A stretch of DNA of 54,421 bases from a virus (Duplodnaviria; Caudoviricetes). Location of the stretch: the IMG/VR virus record IMGVR_UViG_3300045922_000842, positions 1 to 54,421 of that record, one strand, 5' to 3'. The translations under genes were made by a program, and so were the position numbers. The notes beneath the pieces are model-generated. The model was not told where the DNA came from, searched no databases, and was given only the letters and a program-made list of their open reading frames with translations. Positions 10,742 through 20,921 of the stretch are shown one piece after another. Position 1 is the first letter of the stretch. The number at the start of each line of letters is the position of its first letter.

Positions 10742-12800
10742 AAAATCGTTTTTTGATCCCGAAGATGTTGAAAGTCAACAAGGTGGGTCATTTTTCAATC
10801 AAGAAGATATTGCACAAGAGTCTCCACCTGAGATTAGTGCGGCTAGAGCTTTAGTACTAGGTGCTGCTCAGGGTGCAACTTTTGGATTTTCTGACGAACT
10901 TGAGGCAGCACTTAGAACCGCAGCCTCAACAGCATCTCCAGACAGGTTTGGCTTATTAGCAGGACTAGACGAGCAGGTAGAGCCCCCTACATCTTACAGA
11001 GAAAATGTTGAACAAGCTAGACAAAAGTACCGAGAAGCCCAAGAGCAAAGGCCAATAACGTTCATGGGTGGAGAGTTGGCTGGTGGTTTAGCTGTGCCGG
11101 TGCCACTAACTGGTACTTTAGCTGCTTTACGAGGTTTACCACGAGCAGCTAGAATTGCTACGCAAGGGGGAATTGGGGGAGCTATTTATGGTGCTGGTGT
11201 ATCAGAGGCCGACAATACTCAAGATGTTGCCTTAGATGCTCTAGCTGGAGGAGCCGTCGGAGGTGCTGTTGGTGGTGCGTTAGGTTCTGCGGTTCCAGCT
11301 ATTGGTAGAGGTATTGGTAAGCTTGTAGAGACATTTCCTCTGGTCGAAGACACCTCTAAAGTTTTTAGTGCTTCTAAAGAAACAGCTAGAGCGGCTAGAG
11401 ATCAGATTAGAAATGTCGGTAAACAAAAACAAGAAGTGATTAAAAATCTAAAAAAAACAGGCGTCGACAGCGAAGCTATTAAAAAAATTGAAGAGCAGGG
11501 AAAGTTAAGAGCATCAATAGAAGTACTAACAGAGCCTGCCGACATTGTAAAAGCAGAGTCCGCACTACTTACCCCTGAAAACTTAGCCCGGGGTTTTGAT
11601 GCGCCACAAGATGAAATTACAAGACTTTTAAACCTAGCTAAAGATGAGTCTTCTGCTAGAAATATGAGCTTTATCAGCCAAAGCGGTCTCGCAAAAGCAA
11701 AACTAGATGCATCTAATGAAGCTAGGAATTTTGTACGAAAAATCACTGGAGTAGGCGAAAAAGAATCTGTTCCAGGATTTGTTTCTCAAAAATTTGATGA
11801 TGTTGTAGACGAGGCTGTTAAAACCGGATTTAAGGCTCCAACAGAAGACATACTAGGTTCCATTTTAGTTCCTCCAGGTGCGACAGCCGGACCAACTTCA
11901 TCCTTATCAAATAAAATTATAAAATCTTTAGCATTAGATCCTGAAAATATACCGCCCGAGCTTACCGCTAAACAACTAAAAACAGTTAGGGATTTAGTCA
12001 ATAAAGAACTACGGTCAACTCGATCTGATCAAACTTTTGACACTTTGGTTGGAGTCAAAGAGCAAATTGATACTTTGTTTAATAGTGCAGTAGAAGGCAC
12101 TGCTTCCATGACCCAAGCTAAGCAAGCAAGAGTTTTGCAGTCGGGTGTTGATGAAATTCTTCCTGGTCAAGGAACCATTAGAGACGTTCGTAAGTTAAAT
12201 ATTACCAACAAAGATAAAGCAGAAAAAACAATTAAAGATTATGCAGAGTCTTTGATCGAAAATCTATCTAAAGTAAAAGATGCTCCTGGTGAAAGAGAGT
12301 TGTTAAAATATAAAAATGCTCGAGAAACTCTAAAGAGATTTGGTGATCTCGGCATGAAAGAGGCTCCTGCGCTTATAGCTCAGCTTGATGACTTAGTTAA
12401 TAGGGCGTCTCGTCTTGATATTCAATCCCGAGTAGTTACTACTCAGGGTATTGGAGCACAAGGTCGAGAAGTTAGCGCTCTTATGAGGCTTGGTGAAACC
12501 GCTAAATCTGCCGGTCTTAAAGCAGTAGGGGTAGTTGGAGAAGCAACTGGTAAATTACAGGGGGCCGCTTCGCCTGCATCTAACCTAGCTCAAAGAGTAA
12601 TTGATCTGCCAAGTGATACATTAATGATGTTATCAAACCGATCTAACAATCCCATTTTAAAGAGATTTTTTGAAGAGGCTGCGTCTGGAGATGCCAGAAA
12701 ACGGAGAGCGTTATCTTTAAATCTAGCTCAACAGCCAGGACTTAGGGATATGGTAAAAGATATGATTCCGGGAGTATTAGAAGAAGATCAAGAAGAGTAG
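10731..12800 (+). CDS. Putative large ejection / DNA transfer protein
   Basis: GAAQGATFGFSDE motif and G/A-rich hydrophobic stretches typical of podovirus ejection proteins; last gene of the + operon. Confidence 0.6.
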   Translation: MMSKKSFFDPEDVESQQGGSFFNQEDIAQESPPEISAARALVLGAAQGATFGFSDELEAALRTAASTASPDRFGLLAGLDEQVEPPTSYRENVEQARQKYREAQEQRPITFMGGELAGGLAVPVPLTGTLAALRGLPRAARIATQGGIGGAIYGAGVSEADNTQDVALDALAGGAVGGAVGGALGSAVPAIGRGIGKLVETFPLVEDTSKVFSASKETARAARDQIRNVGKQKQEVIKNLKKTGVDSEAIKKIEEQGKLRASIEVLTEPADIVKAESALLTPENLARGFDAPQDEITRLLNLAKDESSARNMSFISQSGLAKAKLDASNEARNFVRKITGVGEKESVPGFVSQKFDDVVDEAVKTGFKAPTEDILGSILVPPGATAGPTSSLSNKIIKSLALDPENIPPELTAKQLKTVRDLVNKELRSTRSDQTFDTLVGVKEQIDTLFNSAVEGTASMTQAKQARVLQSGVDEILPGQGTIRDVRKLNITNKDKAEKTIKDYAESLIENLSKVKDAPGERELLKYKNARETLKRFGDLGMKEAPALIAQLDDLVNRASRLDIQSRVVTTQGIGAQGREVSALMRLGETAKSAGLKAVGVVGEATGKLQGAASPASNLAQRVIDLPSDTLMMLSNRSNNPILKRFFEEAASGDARKRRALSLNLAQQPGLRDMVKDMIPGVLEEDQEE

Positions 12801-13279
12801 TCTTTTTTAGAGTCAATAAAATCTATAAGACTGTCTTCAACGCTATTTCTTTCGTCTGAGTCAATAAAAATTCCTGGTTCATTCGATATTTTAGTGTACA
12901 GAGATGCAATGTCTCTGTTGCGAGCATTATTAGCACTAAAAATTTGTTTTCTGTCCTTTTTAGATTTATGTATTTTTTTGAATGGGTGATTTAGTCTGGC
13001 CCCAAGACTTTCCTCAAGAAAGGAGTTAAGCCATCTTTTTTCTTTGTCAGAAAGTTGGTCTACATAGTCGATATCGTGATACTCTTGCTTAGCCTTTGAA
13101 AAAAACCTTTTTTCCAAGCCAGGAAATGAAGAAGCGTCTCGTCTCTTTAATTTTTTTTTTACTTGTTTTTTTGCCTTCGCTTTAACCCGTCTTTTATGGG
13201 ATCTAGCTTTACTTTTTTTAAGAGACTTTCTAATTGTTTTCTTTTTTTTGCGGACAGCCAAGCAACCTCCTTGTTGCAT
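12788..13279 (-). CDS. Hypothetical protein with very basic N-terminus
   Basis: K/R-rich N-third, then DIDYVDQLSDKEKRWLNSF; GGAGG suggests a TTG start near 13261. Confidence 0.55.
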   Translation of the reverse strand: MQQGGCLAVRKKKKTIRKSLKKSKARSHKRRVKAKAKKQVKKKLKRRDASSFPGLEKRFFSKAKQEYHDIDYVDQLSDKEKRWLNSFLEESLGARLNHPFKKIHKSKKDRKQIFSANNARNRDIASLYTKISNEPGIFIDSDERNSVEDSLIDFIDSKKDYSS

Positions 13280-13575
13280 CTATAGGCCAGGATTGTTCCC
13301 CTGTAGTTTCGGACCTTTTCTAACCTATCCCCTATAAGGTCTTCTAGATCATAGTATAAGTTTTCTTTTTCTTCGTCAAGCAAATTCTTCTTCCAGGTGA
13401 CAAAATGAAACCACACGTGAAGCTTAGGACATTTATACTCATCTCTAACTAAGCCTAGGTCCGCCATAAACTCGTCAACTTCCCCCCAAGGAAGGTCGCT
13501 TTCAACCTTACTAGGATTCCTTACAAGCTCTAATAGCTCCTCAGAACTCAATTCCGAGGGAGATTCCGAATTCAT
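13159..13575 (-). CDS. Hypothetical protein
   Basis: In-operon ORF; start uncertain (13575 chosen). Confidence 0.5.
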   Translation of the reverse strand: MNSESPSELSSEELLELVRNPSKVESDLPWGEVDEFMADLGLVRDEYKCPKLHVWFHFVTWKKNLLDEEKENLYYDLEDLIGDRLEKVRNYRGTILAYRCNKEVAWLSAKKRKQLESLLKKVKLDPIKDGLKRRQKNK

Positions 13576-13930
13576 TCTTTGTATTACCCCAAACCCCGAG
13601 TTTAAAATCACCAAAAATTCTTCGTTGTATTTGAATTCCGTAAACAGGCTCTCCTACTATAATACCATATTGGATAGACAGATCATAGTTATTTTTGTTA
13701 ATTTTAACTTTTCTATCTTCTTTTTTATCTTCGGTTGTTTGTCGCTCAATAGTTCGAACCGTAGTTCCATCCTTTTTAATAAGTTCTTTAATTACCTCAA
13801 CAACTTCTTTTTTTTCAACAATTTTCTCTACAGTTTCAACTTTAGGTTGTGGGGGATACAAAAAACGCCCTCCTACGAAGCCTATTAGGACTGCTATTAA
13901 GAGAACTGCTACCAACCGTAACTTTGCCAT
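13541..13930 (-). CDS. Membrane-anchored protein with C-terminal amphipathic beta strands (spanin- or OM-protein-like)
   Basis: N-terminal TM, VEK-rich linker, alternating hydrophobic strands ending in GISLGIEF. Confidence 0.55.
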   Translation of the reverse strand: MAKLRLVAVLLIAVLIGFVGGRFLYPPQPKVETVEKIVEKKEVVEVIKELIKKDGTTVRTIERQTTEDKKEDRKVKINKNNYDLSIQYGIIVGEPVYGIQIQRRIFGDFKLGVWGNTKNEFGISLGIEF

Positions 13931-14610
13931 AATCTACTCCTACTCCCGATAACAGGGCTAATAATAACCCCAGAATGGTCTACTGCACTATTTACACCGA
14001 TTACAGTCGGCTTACCCCTACACATTGCCATAACGGGCCCGCCACTTTGACCCTGAAATATCGGTCCTCCCCTAGCCCGAAGTTGAAAAAACGTATTGTT
14101 TGTAAATACTGCACTTGAACAAAAAAGAGCCTCTCCACTAGGATAGCCGCAAAGTAGTAGCTTCTCTTTTTGTAGATCCCATTGGCAATTCCCGTACCAG
14201 TCAACATCCAGGGACTCAAAATTTGTAAAGTCCCCTCGAATTAGAGCTAAATCCCTTAGATTGTCTACAGCTGCAATTTTAACATTTAAACTATGTAAAT
14301 TTCCCATAATATCGTAAATATGCAAATCTCTTTTTTCTACTTTACCCCAAGAGTCTACCAAGCAGTGGGCTGCTGTTAAAGCGTAATGCTTACTTATCAC
14401 AACTCCAGAACAAAAAAAGAAATACTGGGCATCACCGATACGAATAATTGAATTGTTCTTTCCATCAGATTTCTCTAAATCGTAGATTAATGTATGTTCT
14501 GGAAAAACTTGTAAATCAAAAAAACTACGGTATATAGTTAAAAGGCTGTACGCTAAAATAACTAATAAAACACACACTAAGGATAGTCTAAAGTATTTTA
14601 AAAATCTCAC
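13909..14610 (-). CDS. Trypsin-like (S1) serine protease with N-terminal TM/signal
   Basis: Catalytic motifs LTAAHC, DLALI, GQSGGP. Confidence 0.9.
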   Translation of the reverse strand: MRFLKYFRLSLVCVLLVILAYSLLTIYRSFFDLQVFPEHTLIYDLEKSDGKNNSIIRIGDAQYFFFCSGVVISKHYALTAAHCLVDSWGKVEKRDLHIYDIMGNLHSLNVKIAAVDNLRDLALIRGDFTNFESLDVDWYGNCQWDLQKEKLLLCGYPSGEALFCSSAVFTNNTFFQLRARGGPIFQGQSGGPVMAMCRGKPTVIGVNSAVDHSGVIISPVIGSRSRLWQSYGW

Positions 14611-14945
14611 TTTGTCCTTTTCTTTCTTGCTGATTTTCGAACTGCGTTTTCAGATATACTTTTTTCTCTATGGTGTTTTTTACAAAGAACCTGAAATTCA
14701 CCATCATCCGCAAACATTCTATCAATAAAACCATCCCAGTTATCCCAACCTGACGTTGGCATTACCGGGCTAATATGGTCTATCTGAACATCATTTTTTT
14801 TGTGTGTAACTCCTTCTGGACACTTAGCACACACATACTCGTTACGACCAACCCTAGCGGCTTTGAGGGCATTATAGCGAGCCGGCCACTTATAGCTGGC
14901 CCGCCTTAGTGCTGCCATTGCAAATTTCATCTTTATTTTATCCAC
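14607..14945 (-). CDS. HNH endonuclease-like protein
   Basis: CAKC, VQIDHISPV, QVLCKKHHREKS. Confidence 0.8.
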   Translation of the reverse strand: MDKIKMKFAMAALRRASYKWPARYNALKAARVGRNEYVCAKCPEGVTHKKNDVQIDHISPVMPTSGWDNWDGFIDRMFADDGEFQVLCKKHHREKSISENAVRKSARKKRTK

Positions 14946-15195
14946 TTATTTTCTTCCTATATCCACAAAGATTACAACTTTCAAAAATCTTGCCTATTAG
15001 TTCTAAAATTGTTAATTCACCTTTACCACAATCAGGACAAGAGTGTTTCTTTTTCTTTTCTTTTTCAAACTCCTCTTTTATTGGTCTTTTGCCCAAGTTT
15101 TTTAAGCTTCTTTCTAGCTGTCGTATTTGTTTTTGCGCTTCTCGCAGCTTTCCTCGATAAAATTCTTCTGAACTTTTTTCTTTCTTCTTTGGCAT
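14938..15195 (-). CDS. Coiled-coil plus zinc-ribbon protein
   Basis: CPDCGKG and CNLCGY pairs. Confidence 0.65.
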   Translation of the reverse strand: MPKKKEKSSEEFYRGKLREAQKQIRQLERSLKNLGKRPIKEEFEKEKKKKHSCPDCGKGELTILELIGKIFESCNLCGYRKKISG

Positions 15196-15691
15196 ATATA
15201 GCCGCCCTTTTATTATTTATTTCTTCTTGCTCCGGGAAAGTACCATTTTCATAAAAATAATAATACATCCACTTATCTAGTTCTTTCTGTTTTGCGTGTA
15301 TTGAATTATCTATTTTTAAATTTAGTTCTTTAACTATGAGGTCTTGGTACTCAGAGTCTGATACCTCTAAGTCATAAATAATTTTTCTTAGGTTTTTAGG
15401 AACTTGATTAGGTTTAGCCATTGCCTCCAAGGCTTGATTTATTTTTTTGCTGTTTTTTCTACCACGATACACCCAAGATAGGTAGTGAGCTAGTTCATGT
15501 AGTAATGTTAATATTACCTCAATTTTAGAGGTATGGTTGTTGCGAAATATGTGAATGTATGGTTTTTTACTTATTACTGCAAAATAACCGTCGTCGGGAC
15601 TGTTCTTAGACACAGAGTCCAAGGTTATGGTGATTCCTAAACTTTTACCATAATTCTCAAGTCGTTTGAGTTCTGAATCTCGAATCCCCAT
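15065..15691 (-). CDS. HEXXH zinc metallopeptidase-like protein (ImmA/IrrE-like)
   Basis: TLLHELAH motif with a downstream Glu. Confidence 0.65.
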   Translation of the reverse strand: MGIRDSELKRLENYGKSLGITITLDSVSKNSPDDGYFAVISKKPYIHIFRNNHTSKIEVILTLLHELAHYLSWVYRGRKNSKKINQALEAMAKPNQVPKNLRKIIYDLEVSDSEYQDLIVKELNLKIDNSIHAKQKELDKWMYYYFYENGTFPEQEEINNKRAAIYAKEERKKFRRILSRKAARSAKTNTTARKKLKKLGQKTNKRGV

Positions 15692-15692
15692 A

Positions 15693-15705
15693 CTTTATAT
15701 GTTAT
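15693..15705 (-). promoter_or_regulatory. ATAACATATAAAG motif, putative late promoter
   Basis: TAACATATAAAGTA is identical to the copy at 1382; lies immediately before the ATG at 15691. Confidence 0.5.
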
Positions 15706-15751
15706 TTTTTAAAACTCTAAAATACGGGGATTTTGCCTTAAGTAGTTGAAA

Positions 15752-17278
15752 TTAAAGCTTTTTAGTAGTAAATTTATTATTTATAAAATTTAACAGCTGT
15801 CTAGACCCATTTTCATGGATTAAGCAGTGCGTATTCATCCAAGATGATGGTCCACTACCATAGTCAGGGGATGTGGGGGTTGATGTACCCACACACCAAG
15901 CATCCCGCATAATTTCTGGTGTATGCATGTGTCCATACACTACTTTGCGATAAGCATTTTCCATTGAATTAATACCACCCTTAGATCCATTGGCACCCTT
16001 GTCCCCATGAGCACCTAGTTGTATTCCTTGAAAAGAATAATCCTCATCTCGACTTAGCCAGCGAATATTTTTTGGTTGTCGCGATCGGTTGAAATAATAC
16101 TCTAGTGGGTTATTTCCATTGATATAAGCAAGGGCTAATTCTAATGCAAGTTTATGGTTTTGGGGGTCATTAACATATCTACCCTCGTTTAAGTATCGCT
16201 CTAGGTGCTCATCGTGGTTAGATTTAACAATAACTACTTGACGGCTGTTAGAAAGCCAGATTAAGTCTCTAACATAGATGTCTAATTCAGCCTCTAAATT
16301 AAGTTTATTTTTAACCTGTTTTTTAGCCAATGTAATATTTTTACCAATATCATGGTGACTACAACTCGTTGCTGAAAAAGCATCGTGAAGTACAAAAGTA
16401 CTAATCCCTAGCTTTTTTCCTAAATTGTCAGTGTGTCTTGCTACATTGTAGTCCGTTTCACCCGCGTGCCAATCACCCAGGACTAAAACGCTAGGACTAC
16501 TTTTACTAACACCTTTTGGAGTGATTTTTTGATTTAAATCATAAAACACACCTTTTGGGTCACTTTGAATCTGCCTAAAATGAAAATGGCCGTCAGACTC
16601 AATTTCAACAATCAAAGCTCCTAAAGTATGGTCATGGTCAGCTAAATAGCTCGTTTTATCTACAAAACTTTTTTTAGCTAGGTAATTCTTTTTAGTCACG
16701 GCTCCAGTGCTCATAAGAGCATGTGGTAGCGCTGAGGGACCAGTAGCAACATACTTAAGTCTTTGTTTTGGCGAGGGGCAAATAATTGAACCATTTCGAC
16801 GCCCAATCCTAGGTAAACCGGTAATTGGATCTACCTGCTTAGCTCCGTTTCTAATACTAAGAATTGACAGATTATTATTAATGTCTGCGTCAGAATCAAT
16901 AATAGTTAATCCCCTAAGTGCAGGATCAAGTTCTAACTCTGAGTTTTGAAACGACACTAAAACAAGTAGTTGAGCATTATTTTTCTTACAGTATTTCTTA
17001 AGAGACTTAAGGAAGTCTTGGTTTACCTCTGCACCAGTAACCGCAGTTGTAATAATAAATCTATTTTTAGTTTGGTCAATCTGACTATTAAACTTTTCAA
17101 GATTTAAATCAAAAATATCATTCTTAATGTATGGATAGGCTTTTTCTTTTAATCCAGTAAGATTTTCTGAAAAAGTTCTAACCTCGGCTCTAGTAATTCC
17201 CAGAGTATTTAACTCTGCCATTTTTGGATAACGCTTGTGTTTTTTAACAAAACTAACAAAGGTTTTTAGTACGGACAT
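15752..17278 (-). CDS. Calcineurin-like metallophosphoesterase
   Basis: GDWH, LHD, SNHD, HGD and GHMH metal-binding motifs. Confidence 0.8.
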   Translation of the reverse strand: MSVLKTFVSFVKKHKRYPKMAELNTLGITRAEVRTFSENLTGLKEKAYPYIKNDIFDLNLEKFNSQIDQTKNRFIITTAVTGAEVNQDFLKSLKKYCKKNNAQLLVLVSFQNSELELDPALRGLTIIDSDADINNNLSILSIRNGAKQVDPITGLPRIGRRNGSIICPSPKQRLKYVATGPSALPHALMSTGAVTKKNYLAKKSFVDKTSYLADHDHTLGALIVEIESDGHFHFRQIQSDPKGVFYDLNQKITPKGVSKSSPSVLVLGDWHAGETDYNVARHTDNLGKKLGISTFVLHDAFSATSCSHHDIGKNITLAKKQVKNKLNLEAELDIYVRDLIWLSNSRQVVIVKSNHDEHLERYLNEGRYVNDPQNHKLALELALAYINGNNPLEYYFNRSRQPKNIRWLSRDEDYSFQGIQLGAHGDKGANGSKGGINSMENAYRKVVYGHMHTPEIMRDAWCVGTSTPTSPDYGSGPSSWMNTHCLIHENGSRQLLNFINNKFTTKKL

Positions 17279-20200
17279 TACTTACACTCCCCATAGCTAC
17301 GACCTACAATTGGTTCTGATTTTAATTTAATTGGATCTAAATTTACAGCAGTTTCCATCGCAAGTTTTGTAAGCTCTACCGCTTTATCAACTTGATCTTC
17401 CCGCACTTCAATGATTTGCTCATCGTGAATAGTCATAACAATATAACCATCAATCCCGTTTTCTTTAAATAAACGAGCTGTTTTAAGCATAGCCCTATTC
17501 ATTGCATGACCAGCAGTACCTTGAACTTGAAAGTTTACAGAATTGTTTAGCAAATTTTTATAAACCCTTCTTTGTTCTACAAGATTATGTTTCTTGGCCC
17601 ACCTTGAGTCAAGAAGTTTGTCTCCATACATTTTATACATATTTTTAAGTTCTTGCAAGTGTCTTGTTCTACCAAAGATAGTTTTAACAAATCCTTGCGT
17701 TTTTGCTAAATAGTGAGTCTTTTCAATAAAGTTCTTAATTCCTGGAAACGCAGAAAAATAACCTTGAATAAGTTCATCAGCTTTTTCTGGAGTGTCGTTA
17801 ATTACTTGTGATATTCGATACTTGTCGGCTCCGTAGAACACAGCCAGACAGTTATGTACTCTTATGTTATTAGCATAAAATTCATGTACAGACTCGACAG
17901 TTATGTCATAGACATCTTCGGTGCTACCTGGAGTTATTCTTAATACTCTACAGGTATCTTTTGATTTAAATATTTTAGGTGGAGTTGCGAGTTCTATAGC
18001 TTCTTTTTTCCTTGGGCACTGCAAAAATTCTGAAAGCCCCAATTGTTTAAGTAAAAATATACCTGATCTAGTCAATGAGATTGTATAATAATCTTTATTA
18101 TAAGTTTTATTATACTGTATTTGGAGCCTTGCGTCAACTCCTAAATCCGACAATAATTTACAGATATCAGAAGCAAAGTCTAAAGATTTTGTACAAACAG
18201 CAACGTCAGAATATTTTTTTGTTTTATTGTGCTTTAAATAGCCATCTGTATCAAAAAGTCCTGCTAAAAAAGCTAACCTAACTCTAAGATTACTATTAAA
18301 AACAAAAGGTTGTATTCTGAGATTTTTATGACCGCGCCCCTCATTACCAATACAAAATGCGTTTAGAGTTTTTTGAAATAAATTTGTCAGTTCAGTAGAA
18401 GAAATAAGAAATGTTTTAAAGCTTTGTTTTTGTTTACCGGGCGGTATCTCACGAGACCTATATCCAAAGCTTTCAAAAAAATCAACCCATTTATTTACAA
18501 CATTGTCTTCTGATAAACCACAAATACCCACATAGGCAGAAATTAAATGACTATTAATATTTCGTTTAGCCCGCTCTTTTCTATTAGTCCAAGAACCAAC
18601 GCCATCTCCCAGAAAAGCTCCTAATATCCAAGCCCAATCTTCGTTGAATGTTAATTCTAAAAAAGCATTTTTGTTTGGTTTTCCGATACTACTAACGGAA
18701 TAAAATGGTAGTTTTAAATAGTTTTCGGAATAGTTTCTAAAGTCTCGATTACTTTCTAAAATATCATTAATTTTTAATTTAGCAGCTTCTACCCAACAAT
18801 TATCTGTGTTTGACCAAATCTTATGGTCCGGCGTACACTTCAATATTCCTTTATTAGTAATAACTGTTACCGTTTCACTTTTTCTTGTAAAAGTGTTTGT
18901 AACTTTAAAATAACCTTTTTTAGTTTTAATTTGATCGCCGACAACAACTCTACTAATAAATGACATTTTATTTTCTAAATCAACTATAGTATCTTCTGTA
19001 AAGCAATAAGTTTTTGTTAAAGCTCTTTTTTTCTTATCAACTTTACCTAAGTAGTTTGGTTGATTTGAGTCCGCAGAAACGCCGCTTAATTTAAACTGTT
19101 TAATTGCAATGGCTGAGTAGAAATCTACATCGTCAATAAAAATTTGTTGGAGTCCTTTGTCCCCCGACACATAAGAAGCGACTCGCGGCTCTAAAGACGA
19201 AAAGTCTGATCCGATTAGTTTATACCCGTTTCTTGAGACAATACCGTTTCTTACTCCGTTAACAAATTCATCCATTGGTGTACCTGTTTTTTGCGGAGCT
19301 GGACAGTTTTGAAGATTAGGATTTCTAGAAGCAAATCTACCAGAAGTAGTTCCAAATTGCAGAAAAGAAGCTCTTAGTATTCCATCAGAGTTGATACGTT
19401 CTAAAATACCGTCATAATAGGTACTTTTCATTTTTTGGACAGTATTTAAATCTCGCAATTTTTCTATCCAAGGATAACGGTCCTTAATAGAGTCTAAAAA
19501 AGTATCATCAACTTGGGGAGCACCTTTATCAGTAGTAGATAGTGGCTCTTCGTTATAGCGACTAAAAAACAACCACTTTAAATGCTGTTTACTGTTTACA
19601 TTAAATATTGCAGTTTCTTCAGGATATTTTGTAAAATACATTTGCCTTTGAATAACTCTAGTTAAATTAGGATTTAATTCGATGTCAGAAGTTAGCCAAG
19701 TTTTAAACTGAGTTTGCTCGGGACTTTGAGGATTGATGCTTTGTATTGCTTTTTTAGATAGTGAATCTATTTCTAGTCCCACTACTTTTGCGTACATTTT
19801 AGGAAAATTACCAGTTTTTTTAACTGGAAACTCTTTCTCCAAAAGTTCGTCCTCAAATGCTTTAATATCACCAGAAATAGAATCCAGTACTTCTTTTTCT
19901 GTTTTCTTAATAAACTCAGTTCCTTTTTCTGAAAGTGTTTTATAAAGCTCAGTGTCAATTTGAACCCCCCGCTTCTTCATTGGAATTGTTACTTCTCTAT
20001 ACAGGGGCATTATTTCGTCTTCATAGAAAAGCTTATGAGTTCCTTCAATTTCAAGGGTTTGAGAGAATTTATTAAAGAGCTTATAGGTAAGCATTACATC
20101 GTAGGCACAGTATTCGCCTAAGACCTCCGTATCGGCCTTATACATCTCCAGATTGGTTTTAGTAATGCTCCCGCCATTGGTTTTTATGTTTTCGTATAAG

Positions 20201-20658
20201 CGTTCCTGGGCCTTATCTGCCCAAGCCCCAAGATACTTAACGGCAGTCTCTTTAAGTCCAAAAGGCTGCTCTTCGTCTACAACGTGCTTCATTAGGATTG
20301 TGTCTGCATAAATCGAATTGGTATGATCTATGCCAGTAGAAAAATACCAAACTAAAATATCGTACACAAGGTTGTGTCCAATAATTTTTTTAGATCCGAG
20401 TAGGTTGTTTATTAAAACATAAATACGCTCAGTAGTTTGAGGATCAAAATATAACTCCCCTAATTTATTCCTAATTGGAATATAAAACCCTTCGTCCTCT
20501 TCAAACGCTAAACCTATCCCATAAATATTAGCTGTTTCTTCGTTTACCGAGTCAGTTTCTAAGTCAAAAGAAACTATAGAAATATTACCAAACTCTGAGT
20601 TTACAAAGTCTATAAACTCAGTTAGAGTTAGTTTATCTAGAAACAAAACATGCTTCAT
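17278..20658 (-). CDS. polA: DNA polymerase family A with 3'-5' exonuclease, interrupted by an intein
   Basis: FDLET, GHNLVYD, YCAYD (exo); TTSGRFASRNPNLQN, SDFSSLEPR, NFQVQG, TIHDE (pol). Confidence 0.95.
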   Translation of the reverse strand: MKHVLFLDKLTLTEFIDFVNSEFGNISIVSFDLETDSVNEETANIYGIGLAFEEDEGFYIPIRNKLGELYFDPQTTERIYVLINNLLGSKKIIGHNLVYDILVWYFSTGIDHTNSIYADTILMKHVVDEEQPFGLKETAVKYLGAWADKAQERLYENIKTNGGSITKTNLEMYKADTEVLGEYCAYDVMLTYKLFNKFSQTLEIEGTHKLFYEDEIMPLYREVTIPMKKRGVQIDTELYKTLSEKGTEFIKKTEKEVLDSISGDIKAFEDELLEKEFPVKKTGNFPKMYAKVVGLEIDSLSKKAIQSINPQSPEQTQFKTWLTSDIELNPNLTRVIQRQMYFTKYPEETAIFNVNSKQHLKWLFFSRYNEEPLSTTDKGAPQVDDTFLDSIKDRYPWIEKLRDLNTVQKMKSTYYDGILERINSDGILRASFLQFGTTSGRFASRNPNLQNCPAPQKTGTPMDEFVNGVRNGIVSRNGYKLIGSDFSSLEPRVASYVSGDKGLQQIFIDDVDFYSAIAIKQFKLSGVSADSNQPNYLGKVDKKKRALTKTYCFTEDTIVDLENKMSFISRVVVGDQIKTKKGYFKVTNTFTRKSETVTVITNKGILKCTPDHKIWSNTDNCWVEAAKLKINDILESNRDFRNYSENYLKLPFYSVSSIGKPNKNAFLELTFNEDWAWILGAFLGDGVGSWTNRKERAKRNINSHLISAYVGICGLSEDNVVNKWVDFFESFGYRSREIPPGKQKQSFKTFLISSTELTNLFQKTLNAFCIGNEGRGHKNLRIQPFVFNSNLRVRLAFLAGLFDTDGYLKHNKTKKYSDVAVCTKSLDFASDICKLLSDLGVDARLQIQYNKTYNKDYYTISLTRSGIFLLKQLGLSEFLQCPRKKEAIELATPPKIFKSKDTCRVLRITPGSTEDVYDITVESVHEFYANNIRVHNCLAVFYGADKYRISQVINDTPEKADELIQGYFSAFPGIKNFIEKTHYLAKTQGFVKTIFGRTRHLQELKNMYKMYGDKLLDSRWAKKHNLVEQRRVYKNLLNNSVNFQVQGTAGHAMNRAMLKTARLFKENGIDGYIVMTIHDEQIIEVREDQVDKAVELTKLAMETAVNLDPIKLKSEPIVGRSYGECK
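17851..19005 (-). mobile_element. Intein (385 aa) with LAGLIDADG homing endonuclease, in polymerase motif B
   Basis: KTY|CFTEDT ... CTPDH ... VYDITV ... IRVHN|CLAVFYG; LGAFLGDG and LAGLFDTDG blocks. Confidence 0.95.
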
Positions 20659-20921
20659 TATTGAACATTCCCATCATCAGCAGAATCAAGCATTTCAAAC
20701 ATCTCTACAGACTGTTGATCTAAGATCATGGCAATTTCTGACAAAGCGATGGCAGCATCCATGCCGTCACCATTTTGTGATACATATACAAAAGTATCAT
20801 CATATTCTAAAATTTTACAAACAAAAGTGACATTTTCTAAAGAAAATGTCGAGTTTGAGTTAGCTTGGCTTTTTATTGACTTTAGCACTAAAGAAACCTG
20901 TTTGTCTAAAAATTGCTTCAC
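20658..20921 (-). CDS. Small hypothetical protein (possibly Sm/SH3-like fold)
   Basis: Coupled between helicase and polymerase genes; short beta-rich protein. Confidence 0.5.
   Translation of the reverse strand: MKQFLDKQVSLVLKSIKSQANSNSTFSLENVTFVCKILEYDDTFVYVSQNGDGMDAAIALSEIAMILDQQSVEMFEMLDSADDGNVQ

Noticed and set aside
4110-12001. Antisense and alternate-frame ORFs inside structural genes (also similar ones throughout the window, e.g. 54081-54266)
   Set aside because: Fully nested in long, well-supported genes, with no RBS or motifs
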